Program-made: the position numbers and the translations under genes
In this document: piece by piece, positions 23,408-36,600 of the stretch
Numbering within the stretch: position 1 is the stretch's first letter
Layout: each line of letters begins with the position of its first letter
The notes under the pieces: generated by a model
What the model was told of the DNA's origin: nothing
Database searches by the model: none
The model's input: only the letters and a program-made list of their open reading frames with translations
From: Antedon mediterranea
Lineage: Eukaryota; Animalia; Echinodermata
DNA: 64,000 nt
Assembly: GCF_964355755.1 (NCBI RefSeq)
Contig: NC_092675.1
Span: forward strand, 22,788,912-22,852,911
Direction of reading: 5' to 3'

Positions 23408-25917
23408 GTTTTTCCCTTACTTCAAAGGTGAGGACCTTCTGTATGATACAGTACAGTTTGTTAAGTTTGGATGAACATTCCACATATTTAATTACAGTAT
23501 ATATTTAAAAAAAACCTTAATTATACAGTATTTGTTTACTGTATCATTACACACAACAAAAGCTATATTGTTTCTCAGGGTGCGATATAATTTTTGTTTG
23601 TGTCACCTAACAACAATGTGTGTGATAAAAGCATGGATCTTTGCATTAAAATACATGCACATTTATAAATTAATAACTAAAATTAAAACAATGTATTATA
23701 ATACTTATACGATTTTCTGATCAATGCTTACGTGTACTGTTAGCCTTAATTTGAAACATTTCCATGAATACATTTTATTAACATGAAGAACAGTGTATAA
23801 TGTACAGGAAATTTTACTAATGCTGTACGCAGTACTTTGTGCTATAAATACTGTTTTACTGTACTTTTATTTAAATATATTTATTACAGTACTGGAAAAA
23901 AAATTAATGGAATGTCAAAGCATTAAGAAAATATATACTGTACTGTTGTTTTTTAATCATTATACAGTACTTTGATTTGTTTCCTCTAAGGAAGCCGGAT
24001 TATCCTATAGTACTGGGAAGTGATATTTGGTACCATGCCATTCTAGTTATCAGGAAATGGGGTTACGTTAGGTCACCTAGAGCAAGTTATATCCTGTTTG
24101 GGACATGATATAATAATATATACATGTATAATTGACTAAAGTGGAAGATATTTCCCTATATAAATTAATAGGAATACAGTACAATGATTTATTTTCCCCC
24201 ATTTTTATGTTATTAATTTATTTAAAAATCTAATTTCTGTTTCTTTATAAATTATGGAGATTATTTATTGTTACATACTGTACTATAATTGATAACAAAT
24301 TCTATAAAAAAATAATTACAATTTTATTGACTATTTCTACTAATTGATATTACTTTTCAAGTACAGTAATTCAATTTGTATTGTCTAAAACAGAAATACT
24401 TTTTACCAAAAATTAAAGTGCTTTTAAAAGTTAAACCCATTTTAGATGAAAAATGTTCACTTATTTGAACCACATGTACTTTACAAGTGACTGACTCATC
24501 CCTGTGGTTGAATTAAAACTGAAATTATTCTGGTGGTTTTTTTTTTTTTGAACTACTGTTCACATTTTTATTACAAATCTTTGGATTACTTTTGTACAGA
24601 TATACACTAATTGTACCCCCAACCAAAACAATTTATAGAAATGTTTAGGCCTATAATTTTAAATATTTCAGGTTTTTTTTTTTTATTTAACAGACTTAAT
24701 CTGTGACCAAAGACAGTAATAATTGTATGTTTAATTGTAACATTTATTTGATTGCGTTTGTTTCCCAAAATATTAATCGATAGAAGTATGGTACGCCACT
24801 GTGCCTTCCTTTATCACTTTTTAGTTATTGCTGTTAATTTTCATAAGAGCAGCTCGGTTTCTTCAGTTGATTTAAAAAAAATTATGATTTTCTATTTTTT
24901 GGCATTCTTGTGGCACTATTTAAAGGCCAAGTTCAAGTTTGCATACCACTTTAGTATTATAGAGTATACTTAATACAAAGAGAATAGAAAGAAGTATAGC
25001 CTACCCATTCAAATCCCACCTAAAGTACCGTTCAAGGACTATACCATGTTCTATTCCACAACCAGTAAAATAGTGTGAATAAATGCTTTATCAATAACAA
25101 GGTTATTAAGCAAACATAATACATTGTAAACTTTAAAAACAGAAAAAATATATTTATTGTTAAGATTGTAGATTTGACTGTGTTGAGATTTGTAAATATT
25201 AATATTTAATATTACATAATTTTGTTTTCATTTAATATGATTTATATTGCTTATTTTGTTTGTAACTTAACATTTAATTTGCTACAAATCTAATTAATTA
25301 TTGCAATTCATTTTCTTATATTTTATATAGTAATAATTTGTAAATTAAAGATTTTTATGGAATGAATGTAAGATGCAAAGCAGATGTGGTATGTTAAAAT
25401 TTCAAGCAATTTATGTGTGTTTTTTCAAAAGTTACACAAATGAAAGTAAACTGGTTTGTTGATAAAAAGATAATAATTTTAATTAATTGTGATGCTGTAT
25501 TGATTACTGAGGTATTTATGCCACAAGAGTAAGCATATTTGTATACAGAGTAAAGACTAACATATTCAATTATTATATAACTGACTGGTGTATCAAGATT
25601 TGGTATTACTATTTCGTTTTTTTATGTCAATATGCCTAAAGCATTCCAGATAATAAAATTATTTTCTTTTGTTTAAAGCGAAAGAGGCTTGGAATTCTTT
25701 GAATATTTCTTGTCTTTGTTCTGAGTGATTATACTGTATATAAAAAGATACTGTAGTTGTGGACTGTAGAATAGTTAAAAACTGTATATTAAACAGTTTT
25801 AACTGCGATATAGCTTTATTTTGATAAACTATATAATAGTTTTATTATGACTGTCCAAAAAAACCCGTAATTTCATTTCCGAAAGCATGCGCAAAACACC
25901 TTTGAATAGACAACTGA

Positions 25918-26050
25918 GGCTTGGTTCCCATAGAGACGCAACACAATCACGTAGATGCAACGCAAGCGAGCTGACTACAAATGACAAGCAACAGTTTCCA
26001 TCGCTTGTGATTGGTCAAAGCTTGACCTTGTGTTAAATTGCGTCTCTCAC
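25918..26050. mobile_element. Degenerate partial copy of the palindromic MITE at 56543
   Basis: ggcttggttcccatagagacgcaac...tcgcttgtgattggtcaa is shared with 56543-56721. Confidence 0.5.
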
Positions 26051-27804
26051 CAACTTGACCGATCATTATTCGACCTTAGTACTGTTATGTGTTTTGCATG
26101 TGACTCAAGCAGACTGACGTACCTTCAAAAACAATATGCATTAAAATCGCAAAACGATAAGAGAGATACATTGAAGAATTAGTTCGGTTCTTTGTAAACA
26201 TGGAGTAGCCTATGATGTCACTACAAGAGGCCGATATATACCTGACGTCATTGGTCGCTACTGTGATCGTCTGCCGACACAATGAGTATTAACAAGGTGT
26301 TTCCCTGATGTGATCTTCAGACCGTGATGATATATGATGGTACAATAATTTAAATTACACTATGCATTTAAACAATGCGCTTATTTCACGAATGGACGTG
26401 TGAACACTGAATAGTTGAGTTGGTTCCACAATTTTCCACCATTCCAGACATAACAGTGATGCGGGCTGGATACAGTGTAGGCTTACCTATAATTAATGAT
26501 TAAGTTGACGTTTAGCTTATAGATATTGGAACGAGCTACTCCAACCAAGAGTATTCAGCTGCAGTTGTTGCAAGAGAAAGATTCGTGACTGAGGCCAACG
26601 TCAAAAAAAAGGTTCAGCTCAGCTCGATGAGATTTCCCCCATCTTTAAATAGCGCACGCGACATCATGCACATTATATAAGGCACACAGCGAGGCTGCGA
26701 GGAGTGTAGGATATAGAGGTAATTGTAAAACCTGAAACGATTGAGAAAAAACAAGGTGTAATTCGAAACATCTAAAATACTACGCCTACTTTGATGGCGG
26801 GGCAGATGAAATAATTTTGTATTAGGCCTACAATATGTATAATAATACAGTCCATCCAAGGAAGTATACTTACCCGGGTTTTAGCTTTTCAGCTTTATTC
26901 AATATCTAACCATTGTGACCACCATATGCGCCCTGCCACTCCCCACCGGTGCACTCCCTAATTTTCGCGGCTCAACCTAATTAACAATGTTCCACTTCTC
27001 ATTGTCCATCAAAAACTAAATATCGGTAATTGGCTTAAATCAGTGAAATTTCATTCTTTCCTAGTTTAAAATTGAAAAGAACGTCCTTTTTTATATATTT
27101 TGTAAAAACATTTGAATCTTATATTGTAGGCAACACACATAATGACTAATTCTTTTAGGGCCCATTTCGTTACAGATTAAAATATGCAAAACGTCAATTA
27201 GGACGTCTCTTACCATGGAGGTATAAATGCTCTTACTGGAGTTTTAATTCATACTTAGGCTACATCGTCTCTGAATTCGTCGTAGGCAGAAAGTCTTACA
27301 CAATTCATCTTCGTCGTCTTCTTTGGGTTTTGTTCAAAATCAAGTTTGGCGACGTTCCATCATGATTTCTTTTCTCACAATAAGTATCCTCCCTAATGAG
27401 AGTAGCAGAGTTTCATTATTATTGGCGAAGTAGAGTGCTCCCAGAATATTATTAGGCCTACTTTAGAGATTTGCTGAGATGAATGCAAAATTACTCCCGG
27501 CAATTAAAATCAGAAAATTAGGTTGGATCGGCCATGCATTTATTTGGCGGTTAATGTTAGAATTTCATTACAGATGAGTGTTTTTTTCATAATGAGATGA
27601 TTCACTTGGAAGCTGGACCTGCAGCTGTCAATAAACTTAGACTCGAACCTTTTTTTATACCATTTTTAATGAGGGTGATCCATCAAGCAATTGCTGATCA
27701 TTAGGGACCCTCAGAGGTTCACACGACAAACATATTATACACAAGATGCTCTACATAAACAAATTCTTATTACAAGTCTTTGGGAGTGGAGTTGTAAATG
27801 TCAT

Positions 27805-27905
27805 TAGAAAAAATCCTGACATGTGACGGGACTTGTACTCAGGACCCTTGGTGTAGTAGGAGTGGTAGCCAAGCATCATAACCACCAAGCCACAACACTC
27901 CAGAG
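27805..27905 (-). mobile_element. tRNA-derived SINE head remnant
   Basis: Minus strand TGTGGCTTGGTGG (A box) ... GAGTACAAGTCCC (B-box-like). Confidence 0.45.
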
Positions 27906-27947
27906 CTCCATTATCTATATAGGCCTATAAATTATGGTTAATATAAG

Positions 27948-28388
27948 ACATAGGCGAGCACAATGCAAAAACTTCGGTATAAATCTCCGCCTTGGGTACC
28001 TACCTTATCTATCTCAGATGTACCGCGAAACGTAGATTTGATAACATTAGTTTTCACATCGACGCTATTGTTCCATATTTCTATCTTAGGAAGATATTAT
28101 AAAGGGTTTTATAAGAAATTTTCTGATTTCAATCGGTAAATTTTAACTCTACGCGCGGTAGAAGTAATTTCCGGGTTCACGGTAAGGTGTTGGTTTCAAC
28201 CAGGGAGTTGTAAAACAACTACCTGTTTGAACTAAGTTGGCCGTTGGTGGTTGGTGGCGATAGTCATTTTGTTTTTTTGTTTATTTTCGGACCGCGCGTG
28301 TGAAGGTATAGTAGTACATAAAGATCAAATTAAATACATTCATGAAACATAGGAGTAAATTGTGGGAAATAATTATATAAAATTACAT
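27948..28388 (+). repeat. Interspersed repeat, copy 1 (~440 bp)
   Basis: Near-identical to 62034-62481 (gacataggcgagcacaatgcaaaaacttcggta...gtgggaaataattatataaaattacat). Confidence 0.85.
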
Positions 28389-30920
28389 TAGGCCCTATAT
28401 CGAGTTTAAACAATTTTTTTCTATGTAAAATTCTGCATGCGGCAATTTCAAGACACACCCCCCGGAAGTGTCCTACTTAAAAAAAAAACTGATTCAGACA
28501 AACGAAATACAATTTGAGGAATAATTATGTGTATTATCAAATTTCCTTTCTCACAGGTAGGTACCATGTAGATATCTATACTATGCCACTTAAAATGTCT
28601 CCCAAGGTGTTGATACGACTGATTTTAAAAATCAGAAGACTGTAGATCTTGGCACAGACCGTACATCAGTGTATATAGACCTATAATATCATAAAGGTCG
28701 AAATATCATCACCACAGCTAAAAATTGAATTAATCCAGATTATCAACTGCTGAGCTTTCCATGAAAGCTGTTAACCTTTTCATCGGAACTTAGATCCCGG
28801 AAAAATAGCGGATGCGTACGATTTAATAGCCGATTATAACCCAACGCACACTCTGTGAAATCAATTAGGTAACGGATATTATAGCAATAGTAGCAATATT
28901 ATATTATATCGTATAATTATTGAATAATGACTTTTGTGGTCAACCTTTGTAGTAGAGTGTCAAGAATTGGAATTCAAAGCCCAAACTTCGACACAGTGTT
29001 GAGCCACTCTGGTGTTGTGACTTATTTTTCGTTATTTTTATATTTTAATTTCCCAGCATGATGCAATAACATGTTACCTAGGTAAAACAGTAGAGGAATA
29101 TCAATTTTGTCAACGAAACCTTGAAGCTATGAGTCCTGATCAAATACAACTCGGGGCCGCGTTTGCACGGGAATAAACGATAATCAAATCATTAGACAAC
29201 GTTATAACGTAACAAACTGTTTGAATTACTTTCAGAATCCTATTTATTTTGTCGATTTTAGTACAGTAGTCATAAATGAAAACATTTTCCGCTGCCTACT
29301 TAACCCACCCCTTCTGACCGTACATGTATATACGCTTGAAGCCACGAAGTCTAGTAAAATGTTTTGTATATCAAATCAATTATTGTTTGATTACGAAAGT
29401 AATATTATTTATTCTTAATTTTATTCTTTAGGTCCGCTTTCAAACTCTTTGTTATTCATGATTTCTTTTCAGTGCTTCTTTTTAAAGATTTACCGTGTTG
29501 ATTTGTCAATAGATTAGATACAAAAGATACATCGAATTTAAAACCGGTTGTTCATTGTATGCATTGTGACCAAAATTTACAAATGCAATATTTACATTAT
29601 TCTATTTTTACAATTTTTACAGCAGGTAATATTAGCAGAAATTGAAATTCTCATTGAATGCTTTCAATCTTTATAATCGTGCCATGATAGATACTATTAA
29701 CATCTACTTATCCTCACAGCAGCATAAAACCGAAGCCGTCAATTTTACGTCATACAGTCACGAGGGTAGTGACGTAGGCTGGATGTCATTGGTTATAACG
29801 TCATTGATCTGCTTGGATGTCAAGTAACAACGAAATAGAGATCCGGATAATTTGCAATAAGTTTTCCACGAAATGAAACATAAACATGGTTTAGATAGAA
29901 TCTTAAAACGAGGGTGACGTTGATATGATTATTATTTTTTCTCTACACGAAAAACACGGTGCTCAAATGATTATTATATATATAAGTGTGGTGGCCTGTT
30001 TCTCTCGTGGAAAATTCCACCAGAAACTGTCTATCGAGTTATATTGATTGATGCATCAAATCGTCTTCACAGTTTACTTTATGTTAGCCCTTGTTTACTT
30101 TATTTCTTTTTTAATATAGTTGTTTTTTCTTTTTTATTGAATTGTTGTTGAATTGTTAAACTTATGCATTTTGACTAATTTTTTATTTGTTGTGACAGGA
30201 GCAAACCTCGATTAGCGAAAGCTATTTTTGGCTTCTTTTCACATATTGTACTATTTGTACTGATGTGAATATTGAAAGTTAAGAAGTTAACAGATAAGCA
30301 ACTACAATTTACAATTCCTATAATTGTGGGTATTGGTGACCTTAGTTGTAGTCAATTTTGGATTAAGTATTTTGAAAAATAAACATGACATAAATAGGTT
30401 AAAATATGCAATACGTGCCAAATTTAATTTTCATAATATATATATATACATATTATATATAATAATGTAAAATAGGAAATGTAAAATTGAATTGTTGGCT
30501 TGTTACGTAATTCCAAATCTAGTGATATGCCCATGATTCAAATACTAGTAATTGGTGTGGAAATTTCCCATAGTGTTAACTTGTTTATTGATTGTCTGAG
30601 GTACTTTATAATTTTCATTGTGATTATTTTCTGCTTTTATTTCACTCACGAGAATTTATGACGGCATATCGCAAAATGACTGAGCGATTGAGGGCGGTAT
30701 AGTCATTATTTTTATTATCAAAATATTCATTTGTTTTAATTCATGCAGTTATCATTATGTCTATTCTATATTTGTTATTTTCCCGTTTATTAGACAGAAT
30801 TAATTAAGAGTTTTAGCAAAAGTTATCTGAGGGAACCGAATCGACTCACTTGCAGTATGCGATTTGGTGGACAAAGAATTTTAAACTGCAAACTAATCCA
30901 AAATACACGAATCTTTAAAA

Positions 30921-31033
30921 ACAAGGCCATATACATGGCTGCAGACGCGTGCTCAACTTAGTGTTTACCGACCAACCGACCGACCGACCAACCAATCGTC
31001 ATAGTGAGCTGTAGAGTCGCGTTGCACGCGATT
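30921..31033 (-). mobile_element. Short Helentron-type non-autonomous element (HINE/DINE-1-like)
   Basis: Subterminal inverted repeats (TAGTCGCGTG/CACGCGACT type), (GGTC/GGTT)n microsatellite, 3' hairpin and GGCCTTGT end; same family as 49541, 59801 and 60628. Confidence 0.65.
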
Positions 31034-31529
31034 AAAATTAATACGTAAACTTGAGGGCACGCTATTAATTTTCCAAAATACGCGAATTGTCCATAATAAT
31101 AAGTCAATTTAAATATTAGTTCTGACGATTGACATTGATTGGAACCCTCAAGTCGACTCAATTTGGAAAATTAATAGCGCTTTCAAACTGACGTATTTCG
31201 GACAGACTCCTGTATTTTGGACTTGTTAGCGCCCTCTAGTTGATGAATTTTGGACAACCTAAATCATTTTAATTTAAATTAATAGCCCCCTCAAGTTTAG
31301 GTATTTTTTAAAGACTTACATATTTTGGATAAGTGGAGGTAAAGACTAAGATGTTGATATATTAATTACATTATTATACGTATTAAAGTCTATTAAAAAA
31401 TTTTTTGCTGTCTCCTAAATTGTTTTAATAAGAAACTACTGTAGGAACTAGTAACCAACTGAAAAATGGCGTCACCACCTTCCGTCTATTTATTTATCTA
31501 AAAACGCCGAGATCATACTGAGAGTAACT

Positions 31530-31735
31530 AAACTGGTCGCATTTTTTAATTGTCTAACCAAAAACGTCATTTCTATCTCATATAATATTTGTGGAAAACA
31601 TCGGAGAAACAAAAACATAAAAAATAAATAAATAAACACAACACGACACATGTCAGCTATCAAAGCAGTAAAGCTTGAACCATCAGCTGTATACGAACAT
31701 TTTAATTCAGCTGGTCACTCGATTGCAAATTTCAG
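31530..31735. repeat. Interspersed repeat, inverted copy at ~48255-48435
   Basis: tttaattcagctggtcactcg..tgcaaattt and aacgtcattt.tatctcata match 48257-48430 in reverse complement. Confidence 0.6.
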
Positions 31736-33270
31736 ATACTAATTTTTTAGGTTTTTATTAAATTGTGAACATTGCTTTCGTGGTGATACTGTATCAGAAA
31801 GATATATTTACGTAATAGTCTTCAGTAGAAGGTCTCCGTACCAAGAAATAGAAACATCAAACAAAAAGTTCCGGATTTTCAATCTCGGTTGGTTCCCAAA
31901 CACAGATTTCTTCTAGGCGTTCTGTTCTGATGATGAGAATAGTTTCTCAAAACATTTTAAGGCAGTTTGCCTATTAATTATCAAATTCCTCCCAATCGTT
32001 ATTTTAACTCGAACGTTTGGGGGAATCATACATGATATTTTTTCACTGTTATTGTTTATAAATTAATATTATTTGTTTTCTTTTGTGGGTCACTTTTATT
32101 TCTCCATTTGTTACAATTCCTCGTAAGACATTGAACATAATAATTGAAAAGTAATGTAATACATTGATGTTTATTTATAATTTAAATCAATATATCACCG
32201 GTGTATAATTATGTGTGTAAAAATGCAAGAAAGTACCGTTTATTCTTAATAAATATATTCATGTGTGTAGGGTTCAAATCTTAACTTTTATTGTCCGTTT
32301 TGTGTTGAGTTCACTCAACCATTCAGTATTGCTAATTTGCATTTTGTGGCACACCATGTGTGCAGCTAGCTGCATATTGTTCTATTGTATTCAGTCTCAC
32401 AATAGCAGTAGCAAGTGAAGGGAACAGTAGTGCTGTACACTGCGGTGTGCAGTGCATGTAGGTAGATTATTCTACAAAGTTTAGGACTAAGATTTTAAAC
32501 CTGTAATTGGTCGCTTTGGAGGATCAACCTTTGGTGAGTTTTTCCTTTATGTTTCTAGTAGTTGTTAGTGTTATTATTTGTTGTAATTTGATACAGTATT
32601 TATGCATATTATTTATGGAAAGTGTTTTTCTTATGTTACGCCATTAATTCGTATTTGCAGCATGGACCTATGGGTCCATGGTTGCAGTATTCATATTATG
32701 TTAACCCTGTAGCTATATATTTAAATTGATATTTTGAAATCGCTTAATTGTTTTAGTTAATCTGAACCTACGGACAAGAAAATAAAGAAGTAACCGTACT
32801 GTATTAGCATAGCTTTATTGACTAATTACAATTTGAATTACTTCTAAATCGCCCTGAAAATTAATCAATTAAGGTAACGATGCATGAAGAAAATCTAAGA
32901 GAATGAGAGAAATCAGAAAAAAAAGTCAACCATAATAAAACTACAAAATGTCTTGTATGACTAAAATGTACGGTACTCATTACTACAGTATCAAACGTTT
33001 TAAAAATATGCCAGCGAGATGCTTCTTCGCGAGAGTTTACGGTAATTGGAAATTACAGAAAAAGTAGATGCAAATCGGCGAAAATGTAAATGATATAACA
33101 AATAGGCCTACACACGCTTTTTTTGTTGTAATTTTTTTTATTAGGTCGCAAAAAACGCAATTCTATAATTGCTATAATTAATTTTAATCACTTTATGCAG
33201 ATTGATGGCAGTATCATTCATTATTGCCATTTATTTGTCATGGTATGCTTTGCGTTAGACAGATACCTGG

Positions 33271-33620
33271 TTATTCAGGTGTGTAGTAACAGTAATATAT
33301 TTCCTGGATAGGTCTGCCGCCATGCCTAAATGGGTGAGGCTTAGTTTCATGATTTCCGTTGCTTTGTTTGTTACAGATAAATCTTAATCTCTCCATGTTG
33401 TGTTTCATTCCTTTAACCGCCTGACACTGTTGCTCATATGGGAAAAGATAGAATGGGACGTCAGTCGGTAAGTAGATGGGTTGTTCAGCATAACCGTTTC
33501 TTTGACAACAGTAATAGATTTTAGTGTTGTAGTCGTATACACCATCTGGTAGAGAACCTGTATACCAGTTGCTGTTATGTTTATCTTCATCATCCCATGC
33601 AATCATTCCTTGTTCCAATC
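33271..33620 (-). CDS. Apextrin-like coding exon 7 (ApeC C-terminal half, stop)
   Basis: ttgtag|GA TTG GAA...GAA TAA. Confidence 0.88.
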
Positions 33621-36600
33621 CTACAAGAAATAAAAGTGAGGCCCAAATAAATATAAAGTATTAGTATGCCTAATCAGTTTACTGGTACAATGTTTTGACT
33701 AGGTTTTTAGGGTTGACTCTCACGCTGTTACTTGTTTGGATAAGGAAGTAGCTATATGTGCAGCAGGTTGGTGGTAAGCTAACTGTGGCAACAGTACGCT
33801 CGTGGCTGACTTGTGTCACAGACACGATATTTCGGCATGATGGATTGTTGATTTTGGTGTGGTTTTAAATAATATTATGCAAACGTAAGAACCAGGGAGA
33901 TGTAAAATAATATTTTACATCTCCTTTGTTAGAACCTAACAACCAATACGCCTTATTCACAAAACGCGATCGATGACAAACAATATGATATGTCGGGAAG
34001 AGTAAACCAACAGAAATAACATAATTTTTTTTACTATTCCAGACAGGGAGTTGAAATTTTTCAAGATTCAAGAAATTTTATTTGTTCATAAAAATGCTTG
34101 GTAGATTAAAACAACAATATTGCAACAATTTAAAAACGTGCAGTATAATAACAGATTAAAAATACAAGATAAAAAGTTAAAAATACTGTTAAAAATGTAA
34201 AACTATTAAAAATTGCATTAACGTCTTACATTAGAATTAAAAATATGAATGCGATTTACAACGAAGGATTTTCTAGTTCTACAAAGATTTGCTCTTGGAG
34301 GTCGTAGCCTAATGCCTGATCTATTTAAGTTATAACAGTAATCTAACGGATGAGTGGGGTCTTTCATAATATTGTTTACTTTTTTTAGAATACTCTTTTC
34401 ATAGATAAAATTCAAACAGTAATTTAATCATTTTCCTAAAAACAAATATTCCTTATTAAATTTCTTGTAAAATAATGTATATTTTTATGATTTATTTTTA
34501 CTTATGAAATCTATGAATAATGAATTTTCAAAATATAATTTCCTAGAAATTGCTTTAAAAAAATCGTATAAAAACGATAATAAAATGATATTTAAAAAAC
34601 CCTAAAAAACAAATATTTAATTACATACTTATACATTTCCTAAACAAAAGTAATAATAGGAGAGTTATATCAATTTTTAACTTTGACCCCTTATATCTCG
34701 AAAACGCTTCCTATCGATCTGGTGGTGATGTCCCCCCTCCTGCCATCGGACTACGAGTTATTTTATTCAAATCAACCGCCATCGTATAATCTCAGCCTAG
34801 GCTCAATCAAACCATCCTATCCCCATCGGTAGTCTGAGCATGCCCACTATAAGCAAGTTGTTCAGGTGGCATATGACCGGTTGGGCCGCCGACAAGTTGA
34901 GCCGCCGGTAATTTCTATGAAACGCCCAGTGCGTCTTTTACGACATTCGCGTACTGATTAGAGTGGTGTTATGTCCTAGTACATAAGTTCATGGTCTTTA
35001 GGTTTGTTGTGTCATAAAAATAAATAACATATAATTACATACTACAATTTTGTTGGTTTAAACCGCCGTAACAACACAGAAAAGGAAAGTAGTCATATTT
35101 AATAATTTAATTGTTTTTAATCTTTCAAGGTAAAAATTAAGTGCACTCCATAACATTTTTCTCGGGTACCTGGCCTACCACGTAAAATCACGTCTCTCAC
35201 TCGGGACTAATACTAATAGAGTATTGATATTCTTCGAATGAGGTTAAATAATAATTATTTTTTATTTACTATCTTTTAATATCATATTTTATTGAATTTT
35301 ACAATGTTAATACACAATATTTTACTAAAAAACGGTGATTTTATGTAATTATTTTACCGAAAAATTGAGTAGGCCTAGTTCATACAACTGCCGCCTGAGG
35401 GGGGGGGGGGGGAAACATGTTTACGTCATTCTTGGCTAAAAACGATCATTTTCGGTGATGTTTTAGGCCTTATATTTTGGAATCTATAACAAGTCAGATT
35501 TTCATAATCATTTCTTTAATTGTAATATTTATTTTTTTTAATTATAACATACTAAAACCGTGATATATAGGCCTAAACCTAGCCTACATGCCTAATATAA
35601 ATAGAACTTCTATTGAATAGAAACGAGCACCGACGAAAGTAAGCATTTGGCGTTTCATAGAAAATACCGTTTTTATGGCGGCGGCTCAACTTGTCGGAGG
35701 CTCAACTTGACCTATAAATAATCCTTCTCGTCGCGTTGCACATTTTTCAACAAAGGAGTCAGTATTTCCGTTTGTGTGATTAGATACGGTGAATGTGTAA
35801 TCCACAAACAGGATTTTGATTTAATTTGTGAGTTTTTAATTGATATTTCTAAAAGATATTTTAATTGCTGTTGTTTTCCGAAAGAAAATGTTACGCTTGA
35901 TCGATTTGAAGCTATCCCAGGATCCTCAGACAAGCAGGCGCAACAGAAGTAGTAGCAAAGAACTTATAACACAAGAATCTCCTGTTCGTCCGAAGCGCGT
36001 AACAATTTCGAAAGGCATTGTGGGATAGAATAGAGCTATGGGTGCCGCCATTGTGAGCCATGGAGTAGGGCGCCCGCATCAAATTAGAAAGTCAAAATCA
36101 TAGAGGGGATCTGCTAATACTCTATGGGGGGTAGAGTAATTGACTTCCTAGTTTGGAGGGGGCGCTGCTCCATGCTGTGAAATGGCGTCGCCCAGTTTGA
36201 CCTTATAACCCTGTACTTCCGATACTGTGTTTTGAATGCAAATTGAAGAACAGGAGATTCTTGTGTTATAAGTTCTTTGGTAGTAGTCATATGCAGAGCA
36301 GCCATGGCCTGGGAGCAGCCATAATATAATATGGCTCTGGCAGAAGTTAGTGATTGTCGCCCTCTAACACATAAGGTATTATGTTTGGTGTGTAACGTCA
36401 ATGGATTATTCAATGGATGATATGGTGAGTAACGCCGCCTCTCTAGTAAGAGGGACAGAAATTACGATTTTTCATTAAATTATTATTATTATTATTGTTG
36501 TTGTCCTGAAATCCTCTGAAAACACTAAATGTTATCTCGGTTGGTTACGCTTTTTCCCTGCATGCACAGCACTGTTTGTGTCATCGTTTGAAGATGTATT

